From: Prasinococcaceae sp. CCMP 1430
Taxonomy: Eukaryota > Plantae > Prasinodermophyta
Assembly: GCA_013416795.1 (NCBI GenBank)
Contig: RQSC01000031.1
Coordinates: 296,696-342,638 of the forward strand
DNA: 45,943 bases
Direction of reading: 5' to 3'
The translations under genes were made by a program, and so were the position numbers. This document shows positions 9,140 through 19,523 of this stretch, in pieces. Position 1 is the first letter of the stretch. Every line of letters begins with the position of its first letter. Under the pieces are notes generated by a model that saw nothing but the letters and a program-made list of their open reading frames with translations, did no database searches and was not told the origin of the DNA.

Positions 9140-11161
9140 TCATGGCCCGTTGGACATGAAGAAGGTCCGATTGCCCGTGCGCTGCTTGCCGGACGCGTCG
9201 GGGTCTTGGTTGCGCATCTCAAGGAGCTTGAGCCTCTCGAGATGGGCGCGCATGGCGGTGGCCTTTGACTCGAGCTTGGCGCGCTGGCGGCGCTCGAGAT
9301 CGTCATCGAGCCTCGCGCAGCGCTTGCTCATCTCCTCCGAGTGCTTTCTGATGCGCGCCTGGCGCGCCTCAGCGCGTGAGCGCATGCGAGCGCGCTCCTG
9401 TGCCTGCTGCGCGCTGAAGATCTGCTCGCGGCTGGCCGGGCGGCGCACCGAGGCGTCGCCGTACGCGGGGGTGCCCGGAGGCGCGCTCAGGACGAGGCCC
9501 GTGTTGCGACCCACGGGTGTGGAAGCGAAGCGCCCCCTGCCACCTCGCACCATTCGCGTGTCGGCCGAGCGCGGGCGCGTTGGCGATGCCACGCGCGACC
9601 TCGCCATCGGCGTCGACGCTGTCGCGCTCGCCGAGTCGGTGCCGGCGCTCGCCGGGCGCATTGCCAACGTCTCCGAATGCACGCCGCTGCCATGCACGCC
9701 GCCACTGGTACGCGGCCGCAGCCGCCCACCCGGGCGTCGCACGCTGACGCGCGGGTCGCGCGCGCCCCACGCTGCGCCGTCTTCCCTGTTCATGAGCTCC
9801 AGAGGCTGGATGGGCTGGGCTTCCTCGGGGACCAAGTGACCCGCCATCGGGTTGGCGGTGTACGCGCGCGCCTGCGAGAGCTGTGAGGCGTCTGACAGGT
9901 CGCTGAGCCCGTTGACGAACTCACGGTAATCGACGTAGCCGTCGCCGCTCGCGTCGATGGACGCCACCACCTCGGCGACCTCCGCCTCGTCGAGCACGGG
10001 GCACGCAGAGGCGAGGCCCAGCTTGAACTCCTCCTGCGAGAGCACGCCATCGCCGTTGATGTCCATCTGCTTGAAAGCGTTCCTCAGCTTCTTCGAGGAG
10101 CGGTACATCGTGTCGCCCAGGACGCGGATGGCGCGCGTGCCGCCAATCCGCGCGATCGTTTCGTCGCGCCGCGCGGCTGCCGCGCGCTCCTCTTCGGCGG
10201 TGCGACTGGGACGCGACGATTCGAAATCCATTCCGACGATCTCGTGGCGGTCGAAGCGCTTGAAGAATTCCTCGTAGTCGATCGCCCCGTTGCCGTCCGC
10301 GTCGACCATCTGGCAGAGCCGCCGCACATGCCGCGGCTGCAGCCCCAGCCCGAGCTTATCGATGCCGCTCGTGAACTCCTCGTACGACAGCCCGCCGCTG
10401 CGGTCGGAATCCATCGCGCGAAAGGCGCTTCGGATGGTCGGCCCCGACTCTTCGAACTTGCGCACGATCAGGCGCGTGAGCAACTGGTCCGCGCGTCGCT
10501 CCTCGTACGAGCCCGGGGGGTACACGGGCTTGGCACCCACCGCAGGCGCCAGCTCGGCGCGCTTGCGGCTTGCCAGCAGCTCCTCGAAGCGCGAGTGCAC
10601 GGGCTCCCACGGGGCGCCGGTGAGCACGTTGTCGCGTGGATGCATCTGCTCCTCGTGGATGTTCGGCTGCAGCGGCTGGTAGCTAGCGAAGAAGTCGATG
10701 AACTCTTCGTAGTCGATTGTGCCGTCGCCGGTGCGGTCCAGCGTTCCCACCACGCCGTCGATTTGCGCATCTTCCAAGCCAAAGTTGAACTGTTCCAGGC
10801 CCTTCCGCAGCTCGCCCTTGTCGAGGGTGCCGCTCTGATCGACGTCCATGGATCGAAATTGCTGGCGCAGCTTGTCGAGTTTGTCGCCCATCGAGTAGAA
10901 CTTGTCGCCGATGCGCTTGAGCAGCGCACGCTCGTCGCGGACGCCGTATGATAGGGCGACGCGCTTTTTCGTGGGCTGCGCCGCACTTCCGGGTCTTTCC
11001 GCGTCCGTTGACGCCGCCGAGGCCAGGCCGGCGCGCGCCCCAGCGCTGCCGGTGCTCGCAGGACGGCTCGCTCGGCAGCCGCCGGGCGTCCTCGCGCCGG
11101 GCGTGGAGCGCGCGGTGGGCCAGAAGTCGCCCTTGTTGGAATACCTCGTGTACTCGCCCAA
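9140..11161 (-). CDS. Multi-EF-hand Ca2+-binding protein (6 EF-hands in 3 pairs); true start unresolved
   Basis: Loops DVDQSGTLDKGE, DRTGDGTIDYEE, DSDRSGGLSYEE, DADGNGAIDYEE, DINGDGVLSQEE, DASGDGYVDYRE. The track start is TTG; the frame stays open upstream to about 11360. Confidence 0.85.
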   Translation of the reverse strand: MGEYTRYSNKGDFWPTARSTPGARTPGGCRASRPASTGSAGARAGLASAASTDAERPGSAAQPTKKRVALSYGVRDERALLKRIGDKFYSMGDKLDKLRQQFRSMDVDQSGTLDKGELRKGLEQFNFGLEDAQIDGVVGTLDRTGDGTIDYEEFIDFFASYQPLQPNIHEEQMHPRDNVLTGAPWEPVHSRFEELLASRKRAELAPAVGAKPVYPPGSYEERRADQLLTRLIVRKFEESGPTIRSAFRAMDSDRSGGLSYEEFTSGIDKLGLGLQPRHVRRLCQMVDADGNGAIDYEEFFKRFDRHEIVGMDFESSRPSRTAEEERAAAARRDETIARIGGTRAIRVLGDTMYRSSKKLRNAFKQMDINGDGVLSQEEFKLGLASACPVLDEAEVAEVVASIDASGDGYVDYREFVNGLSDLSDASQLSQARAYTANPMAGHLVPEEAQPIQPLELMNREDGAAWGARDPRVSVRRPGGRLRPRTSGGVHGSGVHSETLAMRPASAGTDSASATASTPMARSRVASPTRPRSADTRMVRGGRGRFASTPVGRNTGLVLSAPPGTPAYGDASVRRPASREQIFSAQQAQERARMRSRAEARQARIRKHSEEMSKRCARLDDDLERRQRAKLESKATAMRAHLERLKLLEMRNQDPDASGKQRTGNRTFFMSNGP

Positions 11162-11734
11162 GATCGGGGGATCTGTGTCGGTCAGGAACGACGTCAGCTT
11201 GTCGCGGCCGGCATGCGCGGCGGCGGCAGCTGCCGAGGCGCGCCGCGCTTCGCCGCGGCGCAGCGGCGTCGGCGGCCTGCCGGGCGGGCCGAGTGCGCGG
11301 CCTGCGCCCGTTCCGGCGCCGCGAGAGCCACTCGCGAGGCGGCGCCGCGGATAACAACATCAAAAACAACAACAACAACAACCGGAGCGATTTGGGTTTG
11401 GGTCGCGCGCGTTCCGTTCCAGACCCTGCAAATTGGGTATGAAGAGGGCACCAGAACCGGGCATAAAGGGACCGCCGCAGGGCTACCATGCATTTACCAT
11501 CAAAATGCATCAGCGAGGCCGGGCCATGTGCGTTCGCGCGGCCGCGTTGCCCGCCCGAAGCGTCGCCGCACATCAAAACGCATGCGTGTCCGGGTGGCCG
11601 CGCTGTGACAAGGTCAAAATCAACGTAAACCACCATCGGCGAGTGCGCCCCCTTGCCAGAGCGCAGGCGGCCCCCGCAGAGCGCGCGCGCTCGGCCGCTT
11701 TCCCTCTCTCGCTGCCTGTGCTTCCGTTCTTCCT

Positions 11735-14700
11735 TCAGCCCATTGCTGCGTCCTCCGCCCACGCCCTGAGCAGGTAGCGCAGCTCTGCGCCGGCGAAAGC
11801 CCACGTCGCCAAACGCTCACGCGACGTGTGCCGGCGGTCCTTTGCCAGCGCATCAGCAGCCTGAGTAGCAACGCTGCAGAGCTCCAATCCGACCAGCCGC
11901 GCCTCCAGACCACGACGCGCGATGACATCCAGGCTTGCGAGCTCCTCCCGTGCGGAGATGAAGCGCGCGCGGAGAGCGCGGAGGGCGTCCCAGTAGGCAT
12001 CCTTGCCGCGCCGCTCCGAGACGCTAGCGGCGGCGGTCGTGTTGATCTCCTTGAGCTCCGCCAGCAGCCCGCGAGCGACCCGCTTGTACTCCTTGAGTGC
12101 AATTGCGGGAATGCGCGTGTTAGACCAGAACGGGCGCGGCGGCGGCGTGGATGCTGCAGGGGGCATCGGCGGCGCTTGCGGCGCGGATCGCGTGCGCTCG
12201 TCGAGCTCCACCAGCTTGTCGTTGACGGCTGCAAGCAATGAGGTTGATCGGTAGAACTTGGCACTTGTGCCCGACAGACCAAGCCCGGGATGCACCTTGC
12301 GGCTGCTGCTGCTGCTGCTGTCCTCGAAGTGCGCCAATCGCCAATGCGACTGGCCGTGCTCATCGTCATAGGTCGGCATCGCACAGGCCTCCTCTTTCAT
12401 GAGCGCGCGCGCAGCCTCTGACACGTCGTAGCCGTGTTTGGGAGCGTCGATGGCCAGAACGGCCAGGGAGCCCAGCTGGCGGAGCTGAGGCTGGAGAGCA
12501 CCGGGACGCTCTGTGAGAGACGTCTGAGCATCCACACAGCGAACCCACCGCGAAGAGGCGATGCCAAGCACGCGTCGCTGCTCGACGCTGAAGACGGCGT
12601 GCTCGCGAACTGCCTTGACCAGTCCGCCCATGTCGCGCACACTCCTCGCGTGGGCCGCAGATGCCTGCTTCACCCGTTCCACGTAGTCGGTGGTCCCAGG
12701 ACTTGAGGCGGGCGCGACCGTGCCCATGTTTGTCTTGGTTTTCTTCCTTGCACTCTGTTGCTCTTCGGTGCCATCGGACGCGGTGCTTCTGCTCCTCTTC
12801 TCACTCCTCTTCATCTTCTCCTTTTCGTCTCGCTTCGAGTTCTCAGCGCGGCACACCTTCCCAGCAGCGCCCTTGGTAGGCGCGGGAGCGCGAGGCGTCG
12901 CCGCGGCCGCCAGCGGCGATCGCCCGCCCGCCGCGCTCCTTGATTGCGACCGCGGCTTGGACGGCGATGGCGATGGCGCGAGGGCTGCCGGCGGCTTTGG
13001 CGGCGGCCTCGATCCCGGGGGCAGCGGCGGCTGTATGTCGGGCAGCAGCGCGAGCGCCGCCGCCTTCTTGGCCTGGCGCTCCTCCTCGGTCATGGCGGCG
13101 CAAACCCTTAAACCCTCCTTCTTGTGCAGGGAGTCGACGAAATCTCGCTCATAGACACACCACGCCGTGTCACCGTCGAAGTCGCCATTCGAGAGCCGCG
13201 AGGCCATGGAGGTCGTCTCGTCCGAGCAGTTTATGAAGATGACCCCTGGCATGAACACATCCAACTCTTGGCACGCGACCGCGGTTGCGACGACGACATC
13301 CTCCGGCTGATAGCTCGGCGACCTCCAGAGCGCCACCGGGCCCTCTACCCATCCATCTGGGCCGCGCACCGCTACCTCGCCCGGGCCCAACACCCCGAAG
13401 GGATCGGGGATCATGTACAGTTGCACCGCGGCCTGCAAAGGGATCTTGAAGTCAAAGAGCTCCTTGACCTCAGTCGCTTGGCGCCGCCTGAGGAACGCGG
13501 CAGCCTGTGAGGCGACGTCACGGTCATCGCCAGCTTCAATCGCCATTGAGACGGAGCTTGAACCGCGACGGCTAAGCAACTCCAAGAGTGCCTGCAGATT
13601 CTGCTCATCCTCGCGGACGCAGCGCCTCGGTAGACGCTCCAGTAGCCGCTGAGGACTGTTCGAGTCCGCCCAATTGTTGACCACAGCAGAGTGGGCCTCT
13701 GAGGCCATGCGCAGCAAGGCATTACGTAAGGCGAGAACCCCATCGTTCCCATTGGCCAGCCACGCACTAGCCTCCAGGACAGGGACAATCTCTCGGTATA
13801 GCCTAGGCGTATGGTGGATCGAGTCAGCCTTGCAATGCGCGACAACTTCAAACATGCACAGGCACGCATGTGGCGCGTCGCCGACGTCATACTTGACCTG
13901 GCTGTGCCTGATGGCCAGCGAGGATGTCTTCTCGAGCCCTAAGCGCTCGACGTAGTCCCTTTCCCTCAGCACAAGGAACATGCCCTTCGCTCCTCCGATG
14001 CGCGCCTGGAATGCGCTCGGAACAGATGATAAGGACAGCTGGTCGGCCACCCTCCTTCCGAGGCCCTCGCGCATGAATCCGCACCCATCGGTGAAGCATT
14101 CGCCGCGCTCATGGTCCGGGATCAGAGTTATATCACGGCTCCAATCGAGCTCGACGGTGGGCCGAGTCAGACTCAGGGAGAGTTCCAGATAGGCGCACGC
14201 CTTGAACGCCGGCTTGTTCAAGTTAGCCGCGCACTGAGGCATCATCTCCGCCAGGACGTCCTCGACGGCTATCCTATCAATGCCTCTCGATGACGAGTCG
14301 GAACTCTCAGCGAAGAAGTGCAGCACGCCAGGCTTGCAACAAAGCAGTCGGTACTGGCGACCCGCCACTGAGAGCGTCTCCCCCGTGAGCCGGCGAACCG
14401 TCGCGGCGCTGAGGTTGCCGATTCCAACCCTCAAGAACCTTCCATATCCAAATCGCCGCATAACGCGACGAGTGGCCTGCCCACTGCTCACGCTGTACTC
14501 CACGGGTGGGAAGAGCTCGATCTGAAGGCCGCCATCGTCGTTGTCCCGCGCTGCCGCGACGAAGACGAGCTCGCCTTGGCACGCCTGAGCGGCAGCGCTT
14601 GTTCTGTCGTGACCCCTGATGTCCTCGAAAGATTTTAACGCGTCTCTACTGTCGAAGGCGCTCGCCCAGCCTCCTGTTGCCCAATCAGGCTCCTTAATCG

Positions 14701-17700
14701 GCTCAGTCGAGTCCATCACGCAAGCGCACTTGCGGAAGGCGGAAGCGAGCTTGCGCTTGGCCATCAGCATCGACTCCGCTTCGCTCACCTCGGCAACGAG
14801 GCCTGCGGCCAGCATCTCATCAATGACCTCGACCTCCTTGCCCTCGTCGCGCATCGATTGCATACAAGCCGCAACGGCCCACTCCAGTAGAAACCGCCTG
14901 TCGAACGCCAAGGCATCCCACGCCTGCCAGAATGAAGCCCCTGTGGTGGCCTTGCCGAGGAGCTGGTAGCCTTTGCTCCGCAACGAGCGTCGCCCTTGAG
15001 CGCTGCCGGAAGCCGCTGTGGCCGGGCCGGCGGCGACGGTGCCGCGCAACAGCCGTTCTTGCACCGCCCTGATGCGATCGATGTTCTGCTGTTTCTCGAG
15101 TTCGTAAGGCACCAACGCAGCCGCATCCGCGACAGCCAAAGGAGTGTCGTTGTTGACCGGACAAGCGCCTTGAAGTGACTGTAGCGGCGGCACCACGGCC
15201 ACAACCGGACGCTTAAGCTCCTCCTCGATGGCCGCGATGATCTCAGTCGCTCGCGGCTCCGCGCACGCAGCGTCGAAGTCCTGTAGGCTGCAGTGTGTCG
15301 AGGGCTTCTTGGTCTTCGGCTCGACCTGGCTTGCCGCGATGAAGTTTCGAGCTTGCTTCCACGGTACCAGAACGCAGCCCTGATTGTGCGTGGCCGGCGG
15401 GACAACGAGATATGCCGAGAAGCGTGGCTGCGCGCAGCGACAAGTCAACCAGGCGAGCCCGTACCGGCCGATCGCGCGGCTTGAAAGGATGCCCTTGGCA
15501 AGGCTGGATTGAGAATTCGCGCTCGTGTTCGCGCGACGCGTCGCCAACTCATTTTCGCTGCGTGCCTCGTATCGTCGGCACGAAAGCAGCAAGGTGCCGC
15601 CGGTCCTGAACTGCAGCTTGCTGCGAGCCTGGGCGCTAAGAGCGTCCCAGCGAGGGATTTGCTGCAGCTTGAGGTCATTGCGAATGGCATCGAGGAGCTT
15701 TGTCGAAAGATCCGCTCGCCATGTGTTGGAAGCCTTGCCGTCAATGAGGCGTCTGAGGAGCGCGCGACAGCGTGCAGACACCAAGGCGTGGCCCGCGTAA
15801 TTTGCCGCGTGTATTAGTCTGAGGCGGCTTCGGTGGCTTGACACAGCCAGATCGAAGAGAACACCTTCCCGAAGAAGCAAGTCCTTCCAGCCCAGCCTCT
15901 CCTCTTCGGGGACGTGCGTCGCGGATGGTGCCTCGGCTGCTGATGATGCAATGCCAAGGCAGCACGCCGCCGCGTGCTCCACGTCGCTCTCAGTGTCGCT
16001 CTGGTCATCCCACTGCTTCGTAAACTTCCCACCGCAATCCTTTCGACGACGAGGCGTCAAGGACATGCATTCTATGCAGTCAGGACACTTCCACTTGCTT
16101 GCTCCAGCGCGATCTTGGGCTCCATCCGGCAGGCAACTCCGGTGAAACGCTCGCGGACACGTCGCGCAGCAAATGAGAAGCCCGGGCCCTGCGCACATGC
16201 TGCAAATCGACTCGTTGGGGTTCAGGGACGCCGGCAGTTCGAAAGTGGCCCAGACGTGCGCCACGGTAGTAGCTCCATTCGGGTGGCCCGCGCGCGTTTC
16301 CTCCAGGACTCTTTCGAAAGAGCGCTCCCATTCTATCCCTGCGGGGGTCGATGAGAAAACGAGGTGGCTGGCGTACTTCTCGTTCACACGCTGCACCCTG
16401 AACTGGAGGAGCCCCTTCACGATGAGTACACAGATCAGCTTCGAGAGGAACCACTCCACCAGACGCGGCGAGCAGCACGAAAATGGAAGAGCGGAGAGAT
16501 CGGCACGAGTTTTCTCGAGGAGCTGATTGAACGTCATGCTCTTCGCGGAGGACGTGAAAGCGGATAGAACACTGTGTGCAGGGACAGAGATGTCCTCCGA
16601 TTCGGCGTAGCACTCCTCGTCGAGGCCTGGATGTAACTCCAGGCAGACGTCGCAGAGCCCACAGTTCCCCCCGACGTCAGAGCTCTCGAGCGCTCGCTCG
16701 AGGGAGACCTTGCGGCAGGTGGCGACTGAGTCGAGCATGCGGAGGACCCGTATGGCATCATCGCGCCATGAGCGATCGCCGTGACCTAACACATTTGACC
16801 AAATCTTGAGGTCCTGGATGTGCCACGAGATAGAGCAGGCACCCGCGCCTCTGATGCGCCCCGCCTGCTCCATCAGCGCAACAGGGCTGGGAGGAACACA
16901 CAGCATTGCCACCCACTCTACATTGGGGTGTGCCTCCGCATGCGACAGCGCGGAGGTACTCACAACCACTTGCGTTTTGCCCTCGCGCCAACTATGGAGC
17001 ACCTCGCGCCTGGTCTCAGCGTCCATCCCACTCTCGCCTCTCCCGCTGTAATACGAAGCCAAATTTCCGAGCCTTGCAGCAAGGCTGCGCCCGTCCTTCT
17101 TCAGCTTGGAAAGCTCCATTACTGTATCGTTTGCGTCCGTTTTTCTCGGAACGAAGATGATGCCAGGACGCCCCAACAAAGTTTGACCTGGGTTCTGCGC
17201 ACTCGGGACTGCATCGAGCCCCCTCAGCAGCCTCTTCAGCGAGGCAGGGTCGCTGGGCCTTGCGCTAAGACGCTCCGTCACATCGTAAAAGATCCTGTGC
17301 TGCCTGCAGGACAGACGGAAGAACATGACGTTAGCGGTCTCGTCTGCCAGGCCAGTGATCTCACGAATCGCTGGCCAAAGAGGGCCAAGGGGGACGGCAG
17401 ACAATAGAGAGACCGGGGTCGTGCCACAGGACTGACGCACGCGTGCGACCCGCAGCCGGTACTCGTCAGCCTTGTCGTCGGCCAGCAGGTGGACCTCGTC
17501 GAGGCAGATGCGGCGGAGCCGTCCCTGCCTGCGGAGATCCTCGAGCGTCGACAGCAAGGCGGTTGGCCCGTGGGAATCGCCCCCGCTTGCTTTATGCAGA
17601 GTTGCTACGACGAGTGCCGCGCCCTGATGCCCCCGCAGCTCGGCGAGTTGGGCACGCTCAGCAGCGATCTTGTTGGGTTCGCTATCATGAGCCTCCAGCA

Positions 17701-18267
17701 GGAAGATCCTCAGCCCACCCACTGCCTGGCAGTTGCTGAGACTCGCGACCAGGGCGGTGGGCATTGCCTGCAGCGGGCAGAGGACCAGCGTGATTCCCCC
17801 AGCGGCGAGCGAGGGGCCCGCGATGGCCATGGTCTTGCCATGGCCCGTCGGCCACTCGCACACGACGTGGCGTCCGCTCAGCGAGGCGCGGAGCGCTTCC
17901 CTCTGCTGCGGCCGGAACTTGAAGCTCGCGGCGGAAGTGTTGCAAGCGGCGGCGAGAAAGGGCACCGACTCATCCAAGCGGCTCTCCACCGCAGCCTCGC
18001 TGGCATGACCGTAGCTGTGCATGCCGCTCATCCAGTCGGGCAGCTCAGCGTCGCGCAGGGCAGCCCTAAGCGCCTTCGCCCCTTCGCGGGACTTGATGAG
18101 CGCATCGAGCTCCCCGCCCCGCTCCCGGAGCTGCCGCTTCGCCTCAGCGAGTGCGGCATCGCCTGGTGCCGGCTGGTTTACCGCGGCGGATGCATCCTGC
18201 AGCCACTCGCTGCTGCTGTCCTCCCGCACTTCCTGCGCGCGCTCGAACGTGCGAAGAAGAATCACGG
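11735..18267 (-). CDS. RecQ-like helicase + RecQ Zn module + PHD finger + eukaryotic (RDR/QDE-1-type) RNA-dependent RNA polymerase fusion, main exon
   Basis: Helicase: FRPQQREAL, PTGHGKT (17831-17851), DEVH (17489-17500), PGIIFVPRK, EQAGR. Zn module: CRK..CGLCDVC (16643-16663). PHD: CSMC..CCATCPRAFHRSC..WKCPDC (16076-16204). RdRP: FTDGCG, FQARIGGAKG, GVLGPGEV, RSPSYQPEDV, catalytic GDFDGD (13169-13186), LAIDAPKHG. Confidence 0.88.
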
Positions 18268-18441
18268 CTTCAGTTTTTGTATTTGTTCAATCGCAACCGC
18301 GGTCGGTGCGTGCGACGTAGCGTGTGCGCACACGCGCGTGTGCGTGTGTTGGTTAGCACGTTGTACCATGTGTATATGTAGGCCGTAGGGGGAGCGGTCC
18401 GCGGATGGTGGGGCGCTGCATGCAATGCAGAGCGGACGCAC
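18268..18441 (-). other. Predicted phase-1 intron (174 nt) joining ePHD exon to the RecQ-RdRP exon
   Basis: AAAG|GTGCGT donor and GCTAAC branch-point. The first AG after the branch point (CTGAAG|) is phase 1 and gives an in-frame join ...MLSK-A-VILLRTF. Confidence 0.65.
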
Positions 18442-19147
18442 CTTTCGAGAGCATGCGACTGCTGCTGCACTTTGAGGCGCAATCTTTCGTACAGTACGCC
18501 TCGAAGTGCTCCTCTGACAGCAGCGCCACTCCATGCCGCGCCGCTACCCATAGACATGGGTAGTGCCACGCCGCGCCGCTCGTGCACGTGCCTGTTCGAG
18601 CGGTGCAGCGCACGCTTGCGCCCCCACGGCCGCAGTGTGCGCACGTCGTGGTCACCCCGTCGCACATCATGTCTTTACAGACTCGATGTGCGACGCCGCC
18701 ACGGCAGGCTTCCAGGGCACGCTCGTCGTGCACATCGTCGAACGCATACGGCGGCCCTTTGGCCGCCTCGTACGTAAGCCCGCAGAGGCAGCATGTGTCC
18801 GCCGCGCCGGATCCGCCCGCCGCGCCGGATCCGCCCGCCGCGCCGGATCCGCCCGCCGCGCCGACCGCTGCCGGGCAGCGCGCCGGCGACAGAGCTGGCA
18901 CGCCCAGCGCCGGCAGCTGCGACAGCGGCGTCGCTGCTGCCTCGCTGCGCCTTGCGCCGCAGAGCGCGGAGCTGGCGCTCCTCACGCTGCGCCTCGCGTA
19001 CGGGCGCCCTGCGCGAGCGCGCACGTGAGGAGCGCTCGCAGGCCCTGAGGATGTCGTCCATGAGGGGTGGCGGCGCGTGTGAGCGCCGCGGCGCGCACGA
19101 GTGACCCGCTTGTGCGCGGGGGGAGGGGGGGTATGGCCGCCCCCCAC
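18442..19147 (-). CDS. Extended PHD (ePHD, zf-HC5HC2H-like) exon; probable 5' exon of the RecQ-RdRP gene; start unresolved
   Basis: CCLC...AHRVC...TCAHCGRGGASVRC..TC...WHYPC...YCTKDC ligand pattern; no in-frame ATG before the first Cys pair. Confidence 0.65.
18799..18863 (-). repeat. 18-nt tandem repeat x3 (GAAGGS linker)
   Basis: (ccgccgcgccggatccgc) repeated three times. Confidence 0.85.
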
Positions 19148-19523
19148 TTTTGTGCGCGCGCGCGCGCCCGCGCACCGCTGCTACTTGCGCGCGCAGCCCG
19201 CACGCTCCGACGCGACAGAGCGCTGAGTGGTTATTGATTTGATTGATTGATTGATTGCCAGCCGAGGTGACAGCGAGGTGATGGCGTTCAACGCGGCACG
19301 CACCTCCCAACTTATTGCAGCGCACCTATTTTCCGCCCGCAGCGGGGCGGGCGGGCGGTGCGCGCAGATATACGCGCGCGATTCCGTATCAAATCGAATG
19401 GGAGGGAACATGCTTCTTAAAAAATGGCAGCAAAAATGAGGTGCGCCCGCCGGGGCGGCAGCCGAGGGGCGCGGCGCGCCGGCAGCGCGGTCGGCAGCAG
19501 TGTCGAAGGGCGCCGGCTCGCGC

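Noticed and set aside
11400-19400. RdRP locus as an integrated RNA virus or a bounded transposon
   Set aside because: The polymerase is the double-psi-barrel DxDGD cellular type, not a viral palm GDD type. I saw no capsid, integrase, transposase, LTR, TIR or TSD.
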